Shown: positions 44,902 through 54,903 of the stretch, one piece after another | How the letters are laid out: each line of letters begins with the position of its first letter | Position numbering within the stretch: the first letter of the stretch is position 1 | Source of the DNA: Spirochaetota bacterium | GTDB taxonomy: Bacteria > Spirochaetota > UBA4802 > UBA5550 | Assembly (NCBI GenBank): GCA_035403465.1 | Contig: DAONFG010000007.1 | Location: 24,694 to 88,693 of the forward strand | Reading direction: 5' to 3' | DNA: 64,000 nt | Notes under the pieces: generated by a model | The model's database searches: none | What the model was told of the DNA's origin: nothing | The model's input: only the letters and a program-made list of their open reading frames with translations | Translations under genes and position numbers: made by a program

Positions 44902-45421
44902 ATATGTCTCCCCCGTACATGTCAGAGGCAACAATAACTGGAAAACCGGTAACCTCAAGTTCATAAACTGCTTCAGCGGCAAGATCGTCGAATGCGATAA
45001 CGCGGCTCGCTGTTATCCTTTTACTCAAATATGCGCCTGCCCCGCCGATCGAACTGAAATAAACAGCGCCGTATTTTTTAATAAGTTCCCGTGTGTATGA
45101 ATCGCGCTTCCCTTTACCGATCATTCCCCTTACGCCCAGCTTCAGAATAATTTCAGTGAACGGGTCCATGCGCGACGAAGTTGTGGGGCCTGCCGCGCCT
45201 ATGATCCTTCCCGGAGCCGGGGGGGTAGGGCCCACATAGTATATTGTTTCACCTGAAAGAGAGAACGGCAGTTCATTCCCTTCGGCAAGCATTCCGGCGA
45301 TACGCTGATGCGCCTTGTCACGCGCAGTGATCAGCTTTCCCGAAAGCAGGCACATATCGCCGCACCTGAGCTCCCTGATGATATCATCCGTAAGCGGCAG
45401 TTTTATTTTTTTCCATTCCAC
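44882..45421 (-). CDS. Fe-S type (class I) fumarate hydratase / L(+)-tartrate dehydratase, beta subunit
   Basis: GKLITARDKAHQR...YYVGPTPPAPGRIIGAAGPTTSSRMD...GKG are typical of the Fumerase_C subunit. It abuts the alpha subunit (ATG overlapping at 45421). Confidence 0.9.
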   Translation of the reverse strand: MEWKKIKLPLTDDIIRELRCGDMCLLSGKLITARDKAHQRIAGMLAEGNELPFSLSGETIYYVGPTPPAPGRIIGAAGPTTSSRMDPFTEIILKLGVRGMIGKGKRDSYTRELIKKYGAVYFSSIGGAGAYLSKRITASRVIAFDDLAAEAVYELEVTGFPVIVASDMYGGDIYESAVR

Positions 45422-46272
45422 TACATTTCACACCCTGCTATACGGAGTGAATGACAGTTTAGATTAAGTGCGACCGGAAGCGAGGCAATATGTGCCGGGG
45501 CCTCCTTTATGCAGACTGCACCCACGGTACTCTTTCCGCCGAACCCCATTGGCCCTACGCCCGTACTGTTAAGTCTTTCATAAATTTTTTTTTCCAGGCC
45601 ACTATAAAAAGGATTCGCGTGCCATGTTCCCGCAGGCCGCAGAAGCGCCTTCTTCGAATTGGTCATCGCTGTGTCAGCAGTCCCCCCTATACCAACACCC
45701 AGAAATACCGGCGGGCACGGGTTAGGCCCGGCCTTCACGACGGTCTCCTCAATGTAATCGATTATCATGTCAAGTGAATCAGTGGGCCTGAACATGCGGA
45801 GAGCGCTCATGTTCTCCGAACCTCCGCCTTTGAGCATCAGGTCAATCCTGAATTTGTCGCCTGGAACAATGTCAACATGGATGAACGACGGCGTGTTGGT
45901 ACCTGTATTTTTCCTTTCAAGCGGATCCGACACAATGGACTTGCGCAGGTAGAACTTTGTATACGCTTCGGCCACTGCTGAATCAACGGCATCATAAAGA
46001 TATTCACCTTCGATGTGTACAGATTGCCCGAGCTCTATAAAAATTACGGCCATGCCTGTATCCTGGCAGAGCGGAATCTGTTCAGCAGCCGCGATTTCCG
46101 TATTTTCTATGAGGATGTTCATCGTTTCCCGGGCAGGGTCAGTGGTCTCGTTCTCCCTCATACGGAGAAAGCAGTCTTTAAGATATGGGGGCGCAATAAA
46201 ACTTGTTCCGCGTATAAGCTCAATGAGTTTATTTTTAATTATATCTGTATGAATTGTTCTGGTCATGAGCAT
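45421..46272 (-). CDS. Fe-S type (class I) fumarate hydratase / L(+)-tartrate dehydratase, alpha subunit
   Basis: PLCQDTGMAVIFIELGQ and LKGGGSENMS motifs. An alternative ATG lies at 46266. Confidence 0.9.
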   Translation of the reverse strand: MLMTRTIHTDIIKNKLIELIRGTSFIAPPYLKDCFLRMRENETTDPARETMNILIENTEIAAAEQIPLCQDTGMAVIFIELGQSVHIEGEYLYDAVDSAVAEAYTKFYLRKSIVSDPLERKNTGTNTPSFIHVDIVPGDKFRIDLMLKGGGSENMSALRMFRPTDSLDMIIDYIEETVVKAGPNPCPPVFLGVGIGGTADTAMTNSKKALLRPAGTWHANPFYSGLEKKIYERLNSTGVGPMGFGGKSTVGAVCIKEAPAHIASLPVALNLNCHSLRIAGCEM

Positions 46273-46319
46273 AAGTCATGGGAGAATATTTCCGGTGTCA
46301 AGAAATATATCCACTTTCT

Positions 46320-46344
46320 GTCATTCCCGCGCAGGCGGGCGACC
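46320..46344. repeat. Degenerate copy of the gtcattcccg...cgggaatcc REP-like palindrome
   Basis: gtcattcccgcgcaggcgggcgacc. The left arm is identical to 5447-5456 and the right arm is diverged. Confidence 0.55.
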
Positions 46345-46456
46345 TTTGGAAGAGCCCTGGCTAATCTATATGATGCTGCCCTGATCAGAATTGATTGATT
46401 ATTAGACAGCCGCTCATAATATTGCAGATATAATACCCGTAACAACAGAGAAAAAT

Positions 46457-46481
46457 GGATTCCCTTCTTCAAGGGAATGAC
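46457..46481. repeat. REP-like palindrome, inverted orientation (ggattcccttcttcaagggaatgac)
   Basis: 8-bp stem attccctt/aagggaat. Same family as 5447-5471, in the opposite orientation. Confidence 0.6.
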
Positions 46482-46569
46482 AGGATAAAAGCTATTCCGG
46501 AATGAGGTAAAACTATTACGTCAGCTGCTTTGCGCCTCTGCGGCTCTGCGCGAGACCCGAATTGTTTTT

Positions 46570-47130
46570 CTACTTCTCCCCGTACGCAAGGAATATATCC
46601 AACTTAATATCGCCGGGAAGTTCAACCGTGCCTGCAGTTTCAATCGAAATGTTTTTTATTCCTGCCTGCACAAACCAGTCATAAAGATCGGGCAGCGTGA
46701 ACCCGTGGTGCATGAATCCGTATTTTTCAGTAACAGAATTATGCTTATGAAAGAGCAGGTCTGTCACTGCTATTTTTCCGCCGGGCTTTACTATGCGTTT
46801 CAGTTCACTTATAAACACTGCTGGATTTTCACTAACAGAAAGCTGCATGTAGCTGAAAACATAATCTGTGCAGTTATCATTCAGCTTAAGCGGTGAGTAT
46901 CCGGAGAAAACAACCTGCACATCCTGCATGTGCCCGAACCTCTCCTTTAATACACTTATCATCTCCGGAGATGAATCAACAGCAATTACATTACACCCGG
47001 CGTTGAGCAGACCCTCTGTGATAAAACCTGTACCTGCACCTATATCAGCCGCGGTCTTACCCGGATCAGCCTTAACCTGCATCACTGCTTCATCGCGCAC
47101 CTGGACTGAATTGAATACTTCCATAATCAT
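46570..47130 (-). CDS. Class I SAM-dependent methyltransferase (small, 186 aa)
   Basis: Motif I ADIGAGTGFITEGL and motif II-like VIAVDSSPEM, within a Methyltransf_11-like core. Confidence 0.8.
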   Translation of the reverse strand: MIMEVFNSVQVRDEAVMQVKADPGKTAADIGAGTGFITEGLLNAGCNVIAVDSSPEMISVLKERFGHMQDVQVVFSGYSPLKLNDNCTDYVFSYMQLSVSENPAVFISELKRIVKPGGKIAVTDLLFHKHNSVTEKYGFMHHGFTLPDLYDWFVQAGIKNISIETAGTVELPGDIKLDIFLAYGEK

Positions 47131-47591
47131 CTGCCGGATTCCCTCCCGCCATCTCCTGAATTTAAAAGCACAAGGATATTCTCCAGCGCAATATTCTGTG
47201 CTTCAAGATGTTCCAGAACAATTCCTACCTCAACCTCCACTTTCTGGTTGATAATATAATCGTTATGAGCCTCGATCCTGTCTTTTTCTGACTGCCGGTT
47301 CTGGCTCATCATGATGATAGGTGCTGCGTAAGCAGCCTGCATCGACAGTACAAGGTTCATCAGTATAAAAGGATACGGATCCCAGTGTCTTATGTACGCC
47401 GTGATATTCAGGACAATCCAGGCTGAGAGAAGTATACTCTGTATAATGATGAAGCGCCATGAACCCATGATCCTTGCGATCCTGTCTGCAGTCCGCTGGC
47501 TGACAGTAAGCTGTTCATCATGAAGAAGATTCACATTCTTTACAGGTTCATGGTCATGTTTAAAATGAGGCGGGAAGTTCAGGTGCATCAT
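47127..47591 (-). CDS. DUF1003 family membrane protein
   Basis: DPYPFILMNLVLSMQAAYAAPIIMMSQNRQSEKDR is the DUF1003 signature. 4-nt overlap with the downstream methyltransferase gene. Confidence 0.8.
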   Translation of the reverse strand: MMHLNFPPHFKHDHEPVKNVNLLHDEQLTVSQRTADRIARIMGSWRFIIIQSILLSAWIVLNITAYIRHWDPYPFILMNLVLSMQAAYAAPIIMMSQNRQSEKDRIEAHNDYIINQKVEVEVGIVLEHLEAQNIALENILVLLNSGDGGRESGR

Positions 47592-47596
47592 CCGGT

Positions 47597-48163
47597 TTAT
47601 CTCCGCTCGGCATGGATTTTTTTATTTTTAGAGTGCTTTATTATGAAAAGAATCGCGGCAATGAGTACAATAACCGCAATGATTATATACTCGAATTTTT
47701 TTAAATCATCAATAACAGCTTCAAGAGCATGACCGAACAGGTAACCGCCGATACCGAAAGCTGCGGCCCAGGCCGCGGCGCTCAGCAGGTTTAAAATAAA
47801 GAATTTCTTAAACGATATGTCGGACAGGCCTATCGCAAATGGCGCAACTGTCCGCAGACCGTAGAGAAACCTGAACGAAATTATTATGAGTATTTTATAA
47901 CGGTTCATCAGGCTGAGGAACCTTTCCACTTTGGGCTTCAGACCGGGATGTTTCAGCAGATAGAGATTTCCCCTGTACCTGCCGATTGTAAAATACAGCT
48001 GGTCACCAATGAACGATCCGGTAAACGCGGCTGCTATTACCCAGTAAAGATTAAGGTACCCCCGGTGAGCAAGAAATCCCGCGATGATAAGGATAGTCTC
48101 CCCTTCAAGGAAGGTCCCTATCACAACCGCATAATACCCGTATAATGAAATTATCGCTTCCAT
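47597..48163 (-). CDS. DedA family membrane protein
   Basis: FLEGETILIIAGFLAHRGYL...GSFIGDQLYFTIGRYRG is the DedA/SNARE-associated signature. Confidence 0.85.
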   Translation of the reverse strand: MEAIISLYGYYAVVIGTFLEGETILIIAGFLAHRGYLNLYWVIAAAFTGSFIGDQLYFTIGRYRGNLYLLKHPGLKPKVERFLSLMNRYKILIIISFRFLYGLRTVAPFAIGLSDISFKKFFILNLLSAAAWAAAFGIGGYLFGHALEAVIDDLKKFEYIIIAVIVLIAAILFIIKHSKNKKIHAERR

Positions 48164-48356
48164 TAGTATATCCCTTATTTTATACGGTAACGCCGTTCTA
48201 TGACATCAATCCTGTTCCGGATTATTTTCTGACAGTTACATGAAAACACTACCGCCGGGGGACTGTTCAACCGGCGGCACATCTTCTCATAATGACGGCT
48301 ACATAGCGCATAAAATCCCCGACATGACCCGTATGTCAAAAACTTTTCTGCTCTTA

Positions 48357-48821
48357 TTAATTCTGCGTAGTCAGGAAAGACTGGAGCGTCATCTGTTCGA
48401 TCTGACTCTGCAGAGCCTCGATACCGTCCATGTGCGCGTCTTCATCATTGAGTATCTGCTGCAGAAGGTCCCGTGTTGCATAATCTTTTACTTCGCCAGC
48501 AAGTATGATCGCCTCATTGTATGCCCTGATTGCACCCTCCTCGGCTGTATGGTCATTGGCTAGCTGTTTGTCCACTGCTGCGCCGATCATTATCTGATTA
48601 AGCTTGCTGACAGTGGGTGTTCCCTCGAGGAAAAGAATACGGCCAATAAGTTTTTCAGCATGTTTCATTTCGTCTATGGCGCGCTTTTCAAAATGTTTAT
48701 GAAGCTTTTCATATCCCCAGTCGTCGCACATCTCGGAATGTACCATGTACTGGTTGATGGCCGTGAGTTCATCAGCAAGAAGCCCATTGAGCGCAGCAAT
48801 AAGTTTGTCGTTACCTTTCAT
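48357..48821 (-). CDS. bfr: Bacterioferritin
   Basis: MKGNDKLIAALNGLLADELTAINQYMVHSEM...EKRAIDEMKHAEKLIGRILFLEG, showing the ferroxidase-centre E/H pattern and the Met haem ligand. Confidence 0.93.
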   Translation of the reverse strand: MKGNDKLIAALNGLLADELTAINQYMVHSEMCDDWGYEKLHKHFEKRAIDEMKHAEKLIGRILFLEGTPTVSKLNQIMIGAAVDKQLANDHTAEEGAIRAYNEAIILAGEVKDYATRDLLQQILNDEDAHMDGIEALQSQIEQMTLQSFLTTQN

Positions 48822-49057
48822 TGTATTCTCCTGTTTATCTGGTTATTTAAAACTTCTGCATACCGGGAGTTAATCTTATAATACCTGCATATTCCGGAAT
48901 CTGCAGGATTAGTACTTATGATAAAAATAAACAACTGTTTGGTAAAAGTCAATTGTTTCATCCTGCAACTTTTTATGTCATAAAATATCAAAATTTATCA
49001 TTCGCGCTTTTTTTATATATATATTATTCATAAAGTAAATTTCCGGGATTCTGATCT

Positions 49058-49909
49058 ATGATTAAACATATCAGGGCATTTGGTTATAACACACTACTTC
49101 TTGCTGCAGGCGGTCTCATCTGCGCCGTTGCTGTCAACAGCTTCCTTATTCCCGGCGGTTTCATATCCAGCGGCATGACTGGTGCCGCGCTGATTATCTA
49201 TTACAAGTTCCCGGTAATCTCAGTGGGAATAATCTACTTCCTGATTAACATACCGGTTTTTATTCTCGGCTGGTTCTTTGTGGGAACACGCTTTATACTC
49301 TACACAATCTGGGGCATGCTCATCTATTCAGTCATGCTCTACTTCCTTGATTTCCAGATACCGGTAAACGACAATATGCTCAGCGCCGTTATTGCCGGCG
49401 CCATAACCGGTCTCGGTGTGGCAATAGTCCTCCGCTCCTACGGATCCGGCGGCGGATCAGAAATACTCTGTGTTATACTTAACAAAATATTTTCAATCAC
49501 CGTGGGCACCGGGAGCATCATAATCAACAGCATCATACTCATTGTTTCCGCAAGCCTCTTCCCCCTTGACAGGGTGCTCTATACCTTTGTCTATATCCTC
49601 ATAAGCACCGTTTCGACCGATATGATCTTCCACGGCCTTGCAAAACGCAGGGCGGCGCTCATAATATCAGATGAATGGCTGCAGATTGTAAACGCACTCA
49701 CAGAGAACCTTAAAATCGGTGTCACCGTGATTGACGGAACAGGCGGTTTTCACGGAACCGAAAGAACAATCCTCTACTCAGTATTTCTCCGAAGGGATCT
49801 GCCCCTCCTGAAAAAAGTCATACTCGGGATTGATCCCCACGCCTTCATAACAATCATGGAGGCATCGGATGTTGTAGGTGTTGACGTGGGGAACCAGCCG
49901 CACTGGTAG
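49058..49909 (+). CDS. YitT family membrane protein (DUF161/DUF2179)
   Basis: Five to six TM helices, with the soluble C-terminal domain ...TVIDGTGGFHGTERTILYSV... Confidence 0.8.
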   Translation: MIKHIRAFGYNTLLLAAGGLICAVAVNSFLIPGGFISSGMTGAALIIYYKFPVISVGIIYFLINIPVFILGWFFVGTRFILYTIWGMLIYSVMLYFLDFQIPVNDNMLSAVIAGAITGLGVAIVLRSYGSGGGSEILCVILNKIFSITVGTGSIIINSIILIVSASLFPLDRVLYTFVYILISTVSTDMIFHGLAKRRAALIISDEWLQIVNALTENLKIGVTVIDGTGGFHGTERTILYSVFLRRDLPLLKKVILGIDPHAFITIMEASDVVGVDVGNQPHW

Positions 49910-49976
49910 CATGAAACCAAAAATAAATTGACTTAACCCTTCCTGCCCAAAACATGACCGGTAACAGGCAGGTGCC

Positions 49977-50942
49977 ATGAAGCTCTACAGCGCTACAGAT
50001 GATAACATACAGAGGGCCGCGGAACTGATCCGCGCCGGGGGGCTTGTCGCTTTTCCGACTGAGACAGTGTATGGCCTCGGCGCTGACGGACTCAACTCTT
50101 CCGCTTCCGCAGGGATCTTTGAGGCAAAGAAGAGGCCTTTCTTTGACCCGCTTATTCTTCACATAGCGCTGATGGATTCCCTCTTTACAATCGCCGAAGA
50201 CCCGGACAGCCATATACTTTCACTTGCACAAAAGTTCTGGCCCGGACCACTTACTATTGTAGTAAAAAAGAAGAGCCATATACCCGACATAGTTACATCG
50301 GGACTTGACACCGTGGCAGTGAGGATGCCCGACCACCCGGTTGCCAAAAAACTAATTGAACTTTCAGGCACGCCGATTGCCGCGCCAAGCGCCAACAGGT
50401 TCGGTTCCATAAGCCCGACCTCGGCAGAACATGTGGCAAGGCAGCTCCATGATTCTGAAGGCATGATACTCGACGGCGGGCAGTGCCATGTCGGCATAGA
50501 GTCCACGATTATCTCAGCGTCAGGTAAGGGTATAACCCTGCTGCGCCCCGGCGGCATACCGGTAGAAGCGATCGAGGAGGCTGCCGGGATAAAGGTTACG
50601 GTTCCCGGACAGGGGAGCAGGCCGCAGGCCCCGGGCCAGCTGCCTTACCACTACTCACCGGAAAAACCTGTAAACCTTGTTGACCGCATAACAGCAGACA
50701 TACCGGGTGCAGGCCTCCTGTTTTTCATGAAACCTTCATTTGCATGCCCGGACGGGCGTTCCCTTGTACTCTCAGAAACCGGGGACCTGCGCGAAGCAGC
50801 GGCTAACCTCTTTGCACACCTGCACAGGCTGGACAGCATGGAGATAGATTTCATCTACGCCGAGCGTGTCCCTGAAAAAGGACTGGGACTCGGCATAATG
50901 GACCGGCTGACAAAGGCATCAATGAAAAAACACTTGATATAA
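49977..50942 (+). CDS. tsaC: L-threonylcarbamoyladenylate synthase (Sua5/YwlC long form)
   Basis: GGLVAFPTETVYGLGAD, VAVRMPDHP and SANRFG motifs, plus the C-terminal Sua5 domain. Confidence 0.92.
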   Translation: MKLYSATDDNIQRAAELIRAGGLVAFPTETVYGLGADGLNSSASAGIFEAKKRPFFDPLILHIALMDSLFTIAEDPDSHILSLAQKFWPGPLTIVVKKKSHIPDIVTSGLDTVAVRMPDHPVAKKLIELSGTPIAAPSANRFGSISPTSAEHVARQLHDSEGMILDGGQCHVGIESTIISASGKGITLLRPGGIPVEAIEEAAGIKVTVPGQGSRPQAPGQLPYHYSPEKPVNLVDRITADIPGAGLLFFMKPSFACPDGRSLVLSETGDLREAAANLFAHLHRLDSMEIDFIYAERVPEKGLGLGIMDRLTKASMKKHLI

Positions 50943-50986
50943 AAACACTTTGTGTTTCCAATCACCCATCGCAGGAGGGGAGCACC

Positions 50987-51748
50987 ATGTTAACATTCAG
51001 CAGGACAACCGGCAACTCTTTCATATCAGGTTTCACATCTACATTTGAAGCATTCCCTTTTATCCTTAACAATAAAATGACAAAATTCCTTATCCTGCCG
51101 CTGATCGTTAATATTGCACTGCTCGCTTCAATTGCATGGTACTCCTATACAAGGGTGAGCCCGGTTCTGCTGGGCCTTGTCCAGTTTGACCAGTGGTACC
51201 TTAAACCCGTACAGTACCTTGTTTCGCCTGTACTGATAATTCTCCTGCTCATAGCAGCTTTCTTCGTCTATTCAATAACCGGGGCACTCATAGCCTCCCC
51301 CCTGCTCGACATTATTTCACTTAAGACAGAAAAAGCAATCGGCGGAAACGTCCCTGATCCGGGGTTCTCCCTGAAGACATTGTGGAGAATGGCAGCAGGT
51401 GTATTAAAACTCCTGATACTTATGCTGCTGCTTTATATCGTGATACTGCCGCTGAACCTTGTCCCTTTTGCAGGGAGTGCAATTTATGCCGCGGCCGGTT
51501 TTTTACTTACGTCATTTTTCTGCGGCTTCCAGTTTTACGATATGCCCCTTGAAAGAAGGGGATTCACATTCAGCGAAAAATTTCTTACATGCAGAAAGTT
51601 CGGCGCAACTGTTACGGGCACAGGGGCGGCCTTCATGCTGCTGTCATTCATTCCCGTTGCAGGTTTCCTGGGCATAATTGTTTCAACATCGGGCGCAGCA
51701 ATCGCGTTCCGAAGGGTGATGGAACCCGCAATAACACGGCATGGCTGA
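50987..51748 (+). CDS. EI24/CysZ-like (DUF540) membrane protein
   Basis: The TM topology and the N-terminal FxxGFxxxFEAFPFI pattern resemble the CysZ/EI24 family. Pattern-level call only. Confidence 0.6.
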   Translation: MLTFSRTTGNSFISGFTSTFEAFPFILNNKMTKFLILPLIVNIALLASIAWYSYTRVSPVLLGLVQFDQWYLKPVQYLVSPVLIILLLIAAFFVYSITGALIASPLLDIISLKTEKAIGGNVPDPGFSLKTLWRMAAGVLKLLILMLLLYIVILPLNLVPFAGSAIYAAAGFLLTSFFCGFQFYDMPLERRGFTFSEKFLTCRKFGATVTGTGAAFMLLSFIPVAGFLGIIVSTSGAAIAFRRVMEPAITRHG

Positions 51749-51767
51749 ACCGGTGGAGGGAAAAAAC

Positions 51768-52403
51768 ATGTTCATTGTTTTCGAGGGGATCGACGGTGCA
51801 GGCAAGTCCACGCAGTGCACCAGGCTATACGGTCACATCGCAGGCACGGGCATCAGTGTAAGGCGGCTTGCCGAGCCCACTGACGGTCCATGGGGACGCA
51901 GGATCCGCGAGGCGCTGCGTTCGGGGAGCCCGCTGCCGCGCGATGAGCAGGTTGAACTTTTTATACGGGACAGGATGGATGACTATTCCATGAACATAAA
52001 GCCAAGCCTGGAACAGGGAATCACCATCGTTATGGACAGGTACTTCTACTCGAACGCAGCGTACCAGGGTATGGACGGGCTCTCGCCGCGTGACATCATC
52101 AACATGAACCTTGAACACGGATTCCCGCAGCCTGACCGTGTATACTTCATCGACCTTGCGGCTGACAAAGCCATGATGCGCGTAAAATCACGCAGCGGCG
52201 AAAACATTGAACTCTTTGAAAAACAGTCATTCCTTGAAAAGGTGCGCGGGAATTTTCTTTCAATTGCAGACAGCCGGTTTCTCGTTGTTGATGGAATCCT
52301 GGCCGAGGATGAAATTTTCAGAATAATTAAAGAGGACTACGATAAAATTTCGAACACTGCCCCCTGTCCCCGAAGGGAGTTAAGGGGCCGGGAGACAGAA
52401 TAG
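51768..52403 (+). CDS. tmk: Thymidylate kinase
   Basis: MFIVFEGIDGAGKSTQ P-loop and the DRY motif (MDRYFYSN). ATG at 51768 follows GGAGGG. Confidence 0.93.
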   Translation: MFIVFEGIDGAGKSTQCTRLYGHIAGTGISVRRLAEPTDGPWGRRIREALRSGSPLPRDEQVELFIRDRMDDYSMNIKPSLEQGITIVMDRYFYSNAAYQGMDGLSPRDIINMNLEHGFPQPDRVYFIDLAADKAMMRVKSRSGENIELFEKQSFLEKVRGNFLSIADSRFLVVDGILAEDEIFRIIKEDYDKISNTAPCPRRELRGRETE

Positions 52404-52407
52404 TACT

Positions 52408-54834
52408 ATGAAAAAATTCATTTATGCAGTACTGATAATTTTTATTACTTCAATTCCTTTATTAGCAAAGTCTCTAAATCCCTTTGCACTTCCGCCCGAC
52501 GCGAACTCAGCTTCGTATGAATCAGGCAGCTTCTCGTACCTTGCGAATCCGGTATTCACTGATTCCTCCCTGCAGCCTGACATTGCCTACAGGTACATAA
52601 GCATTGAAGGAAACCCGAATCATCATGCCATGATTACGCTCGCGGGATTCGCGCTCGGTTATTCATGGTATGACTCGGCATACAGCATCGCGGATTCCTC
52701 GTTTCATAAAGCAGACACAGCAGTATACAGCATAAGCAGGGGATTCCTTTTCGGCGGAGTGTTCGGTATCGGAATAGGATACTCAGCAGGTTTTTCCGGA
52801 ATCGAAGAATTCGACGGGTACAGCGGATGGAATGCCGGGATGCTCTTCAGACCCTTCAGCTTTGTTTCATTCGGGATGGCATTCAGGGATATTGATGGAG
52901 AACTCGGTAACAGTGAGCTCCATATTACGAAGGCCTATTCAATGGCAATACGTCCCTTCGGTGAATGGCTTACTCTCTCTGCTGACTACACGACCAGTTC
53001 AACTCACAGCGATGACCCGGTCTGTTCATTCTCGGGCAGGATGAACCTCTGGTACTCCGCGTCACTCGTTGTCAGCGGGGACACGTCACGTAACTTTACT
53101 GCAGGCCTTACAATTCCGTTTGACCTGAGGGCAGGCGGCCCGGTAAACCTGTCAGCAGACTTCTACAAATCATATAACAATGACAATCCTGGTTTCTACA
53201 GCGCAGGTGTCGCAGTAAGATTCAAGCGCGGCAAGGCTGCAGCCCTTCCCGTGGCACACAATCTTCTTTATATAAAACTTGATGAATCATACGGGGAAAA
53301 CGAACAGTCAGGGTTCTTTATCAAGGGTAAACCTGACTTCCTCATGCTTGTTAACGGCATAATGAAAGCTGCAGATGATCCTTCAATTGATGGCGCGGTG
53401 ATTGAAATAAGCAATACAGACATGGGATTTGCCCAGATACAGGAACTGCGCAAATCAGTAAACTATTTCCGGGGCAAAGGGAAAAAAGTCTATGCCATGA
53501 TGAACTATTCCGGGAACAAGCAGTACTACCTTGCCTCGTGCGCAGATGTGATCTATTTTTCACCAAACACGGAGTTTTCCATTACAGGGCTCAGCGCCAA
53601 TGTCTATTTTTTCAAGGGGCTGCTCGATAAGGCCGGAATTGAATTTGAATCAGTAAGGCGCGGTGACTACAAATCGTTCAACGAGCCCTTTACGCGCACC
53701 GGGATGTCGCCCGAAGCAAAAACAAACTTAAGCGACCTGCTCACGGACCTGAACGAACAGTACATATCGGGCTTAACAGAAAGAAAAACTGTAACTCGCG
53801 AAAAAATAAAGGAGATGTTTGAAACCGGTCTCTACACAGCTGAAGAGGCAAAGACAAAAGGATTTGTTGACGAGGTAATGTACTGTGACGACATGAAAGA
53901 TTCCCTTGGGAAGGAGAATATTTTTGTCCGGTTCGAGAACTATGCAGCTGAAGATGAAATAACCGAAAGCTGGGGGATACAGCCTGCTATAGCCATAGTT
54001 TATGTAAAGGGAAACATCGTCAGCGGTGATGCCACCGGCAGTGCCTTCAACGCCTCTGTCGGCGATTCAGGTTATCGTAAGATGCTTGAAACGGTATTCG
54101 CCGACAGAAACGTTAAGGGCGTTGTTATACGCATAGATTCAGGCGGAGGATCCGCGAATGCCTCGGACTTCATGTGGAAGTCCCTGGTCAGCCTTAAAAA
54201 AAAGTATCCCAAGCCTGTTGTCTTTTCATTCGGCAATACTGCAGCCTCCGGAGGGTATTACATTGCGTGTACAGGCGACAGGATATTTGCAGAGAATGGA
54301 AGCATTACAGGGTCAATCGGCGTCATAGCAGGCAAGGTATCGGTAAAGGAACTTTATGCTAAACTGGGAATCAACAAGGAGACAATAACACTCAGCGAAT
54401 TTGCGGATATCTACACAGAGTCACGGCCGCTTACGGAAAAGGAATACAAACTTTTAGATAAGCAGACCGGGCTTATCTACGACAGGTTCACGCAGAAGGT
54501 AATCGAGGCAAGAAAGATCAAGGCGGATGAGATCGAAAAAATTGCAGGAGGCCGGGTGCATACGGGACTCGGGGCAAGGGGGATCAACCTTGTTGATGAA
54601 GAAGGTGGTATTTATGCAGCGGTGGAGTTCTGCCGCGCCCGGTGCGGGATAAAAGGTAAATTCCGGGTTCTTCAGGTGCCGGATAACAGCGGTTTATTCC
54701 AGGACATTACCGGTATAACTGCCGGTACATCTTCCGGTGAAGTACTTGATATTTTTTTCAGGAACCTGCAGGCTCTGAAAATGCTTGAAGGCCAGGTGCT
54801 CTATCTTCAACCATATGTCATTAAAATAGAGTAA
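52408..54834 (+). CDS. sppA: Signal peptide peptidase SppA, 67K type (two S49 domains) with an extra ~250-aa N-terminal beta-rich domain
   Basis: The second S49 domain has GNTAASGGYYIACTGDRIFAENGSITGSIGV, and the first has YAMMNYSGNKQYYLASCAD. The N-terminus has a signal peptide followed by an alternating aromatic/Gly pattern. Confidence 0.85.
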   Translation: MKKFIYAVLIIFITSIPLLAKSLNPFALPPDANSASYESGSFSYLANPVFTDSSLQPDIAYRYISIEGNPNHHAMITLAGFALGYSWYDSAYSIADSSFHKADTAVYSISRGFLFGGVFGIGIGYSAGFSGIEEFDGYSGWNAGMLFRPFSFVSFGMAFRDIDGELGNSELHITKAYSMAIRPFGEWLTLSADYTTSSTHSDDPVCSFSGRMNLWYSASLVVSGDTSRNFTAGLTIPFDLRAGGPVNLSADFYKSYNNDNPGFYSAGVAVRFKRGKAAALPVAHNLLYIKLDESYGENEQSGFFIKGKPDFLMLVNGIMKAADDPSIDGAVIEISNTDMGFAQIQELRKSVNYFRGKGKKVYAMMNYSGNKQYYLASCADVIYFSPNTEFSITGLSANVYFFKGLLDKAGIEFESVRRGDYKSFNEPFTRTGMSPEAKTNLSDLLTDLNEQYISGLTERKTVTREKIKEMFETGLYTAEEAKTKGFVDEVMYCDDMKDSLGKENIFVRFENYAAEDEITESWGIQPAIAIVYVKGNIVSGDATGSAFNASVGDSGYRKMLETVFADRNVKGVVIRIDSGGGSANASDFMWKSLVSLKKKYPKPVVFSFGNTAASGGYYIACTGDRIFAENGSITGSIGVIAGKVSVKELYAKLGINKETITLSEFADIYTESRPLTEKEYKLLDKQTGLIYDRFTQKVIEARKIKADEIEKIAGGRVHTGLGARGINLVDEEGGIYAAVEFCRARCGIKGKFRVLQVPDNSGLFQDITGITAGTSSGEVLDIFFRNLQALKMLEGQVLYLQPYVIKIE

Positions 54835-54903
54835 ACCCGTTTTTTGTTGACAAATCGTCTGAATAGTTATTATTTCAGAATATTATCGCATGGAGGAATT
54901 TCA

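Noticed and set aside
48977-49004. Fur-box-like AT-rich sequence (GAATGATAAATTTTGATAT on the minus strand) between bfr and yitT
   Set aside because: Only one half-site matches the GATAATGATAATCATTATC consensus well (about 10 of 16 positions). It lies ~170 bp from the bfr start and the region is generally AT-rich, so it is not convincing without a search.
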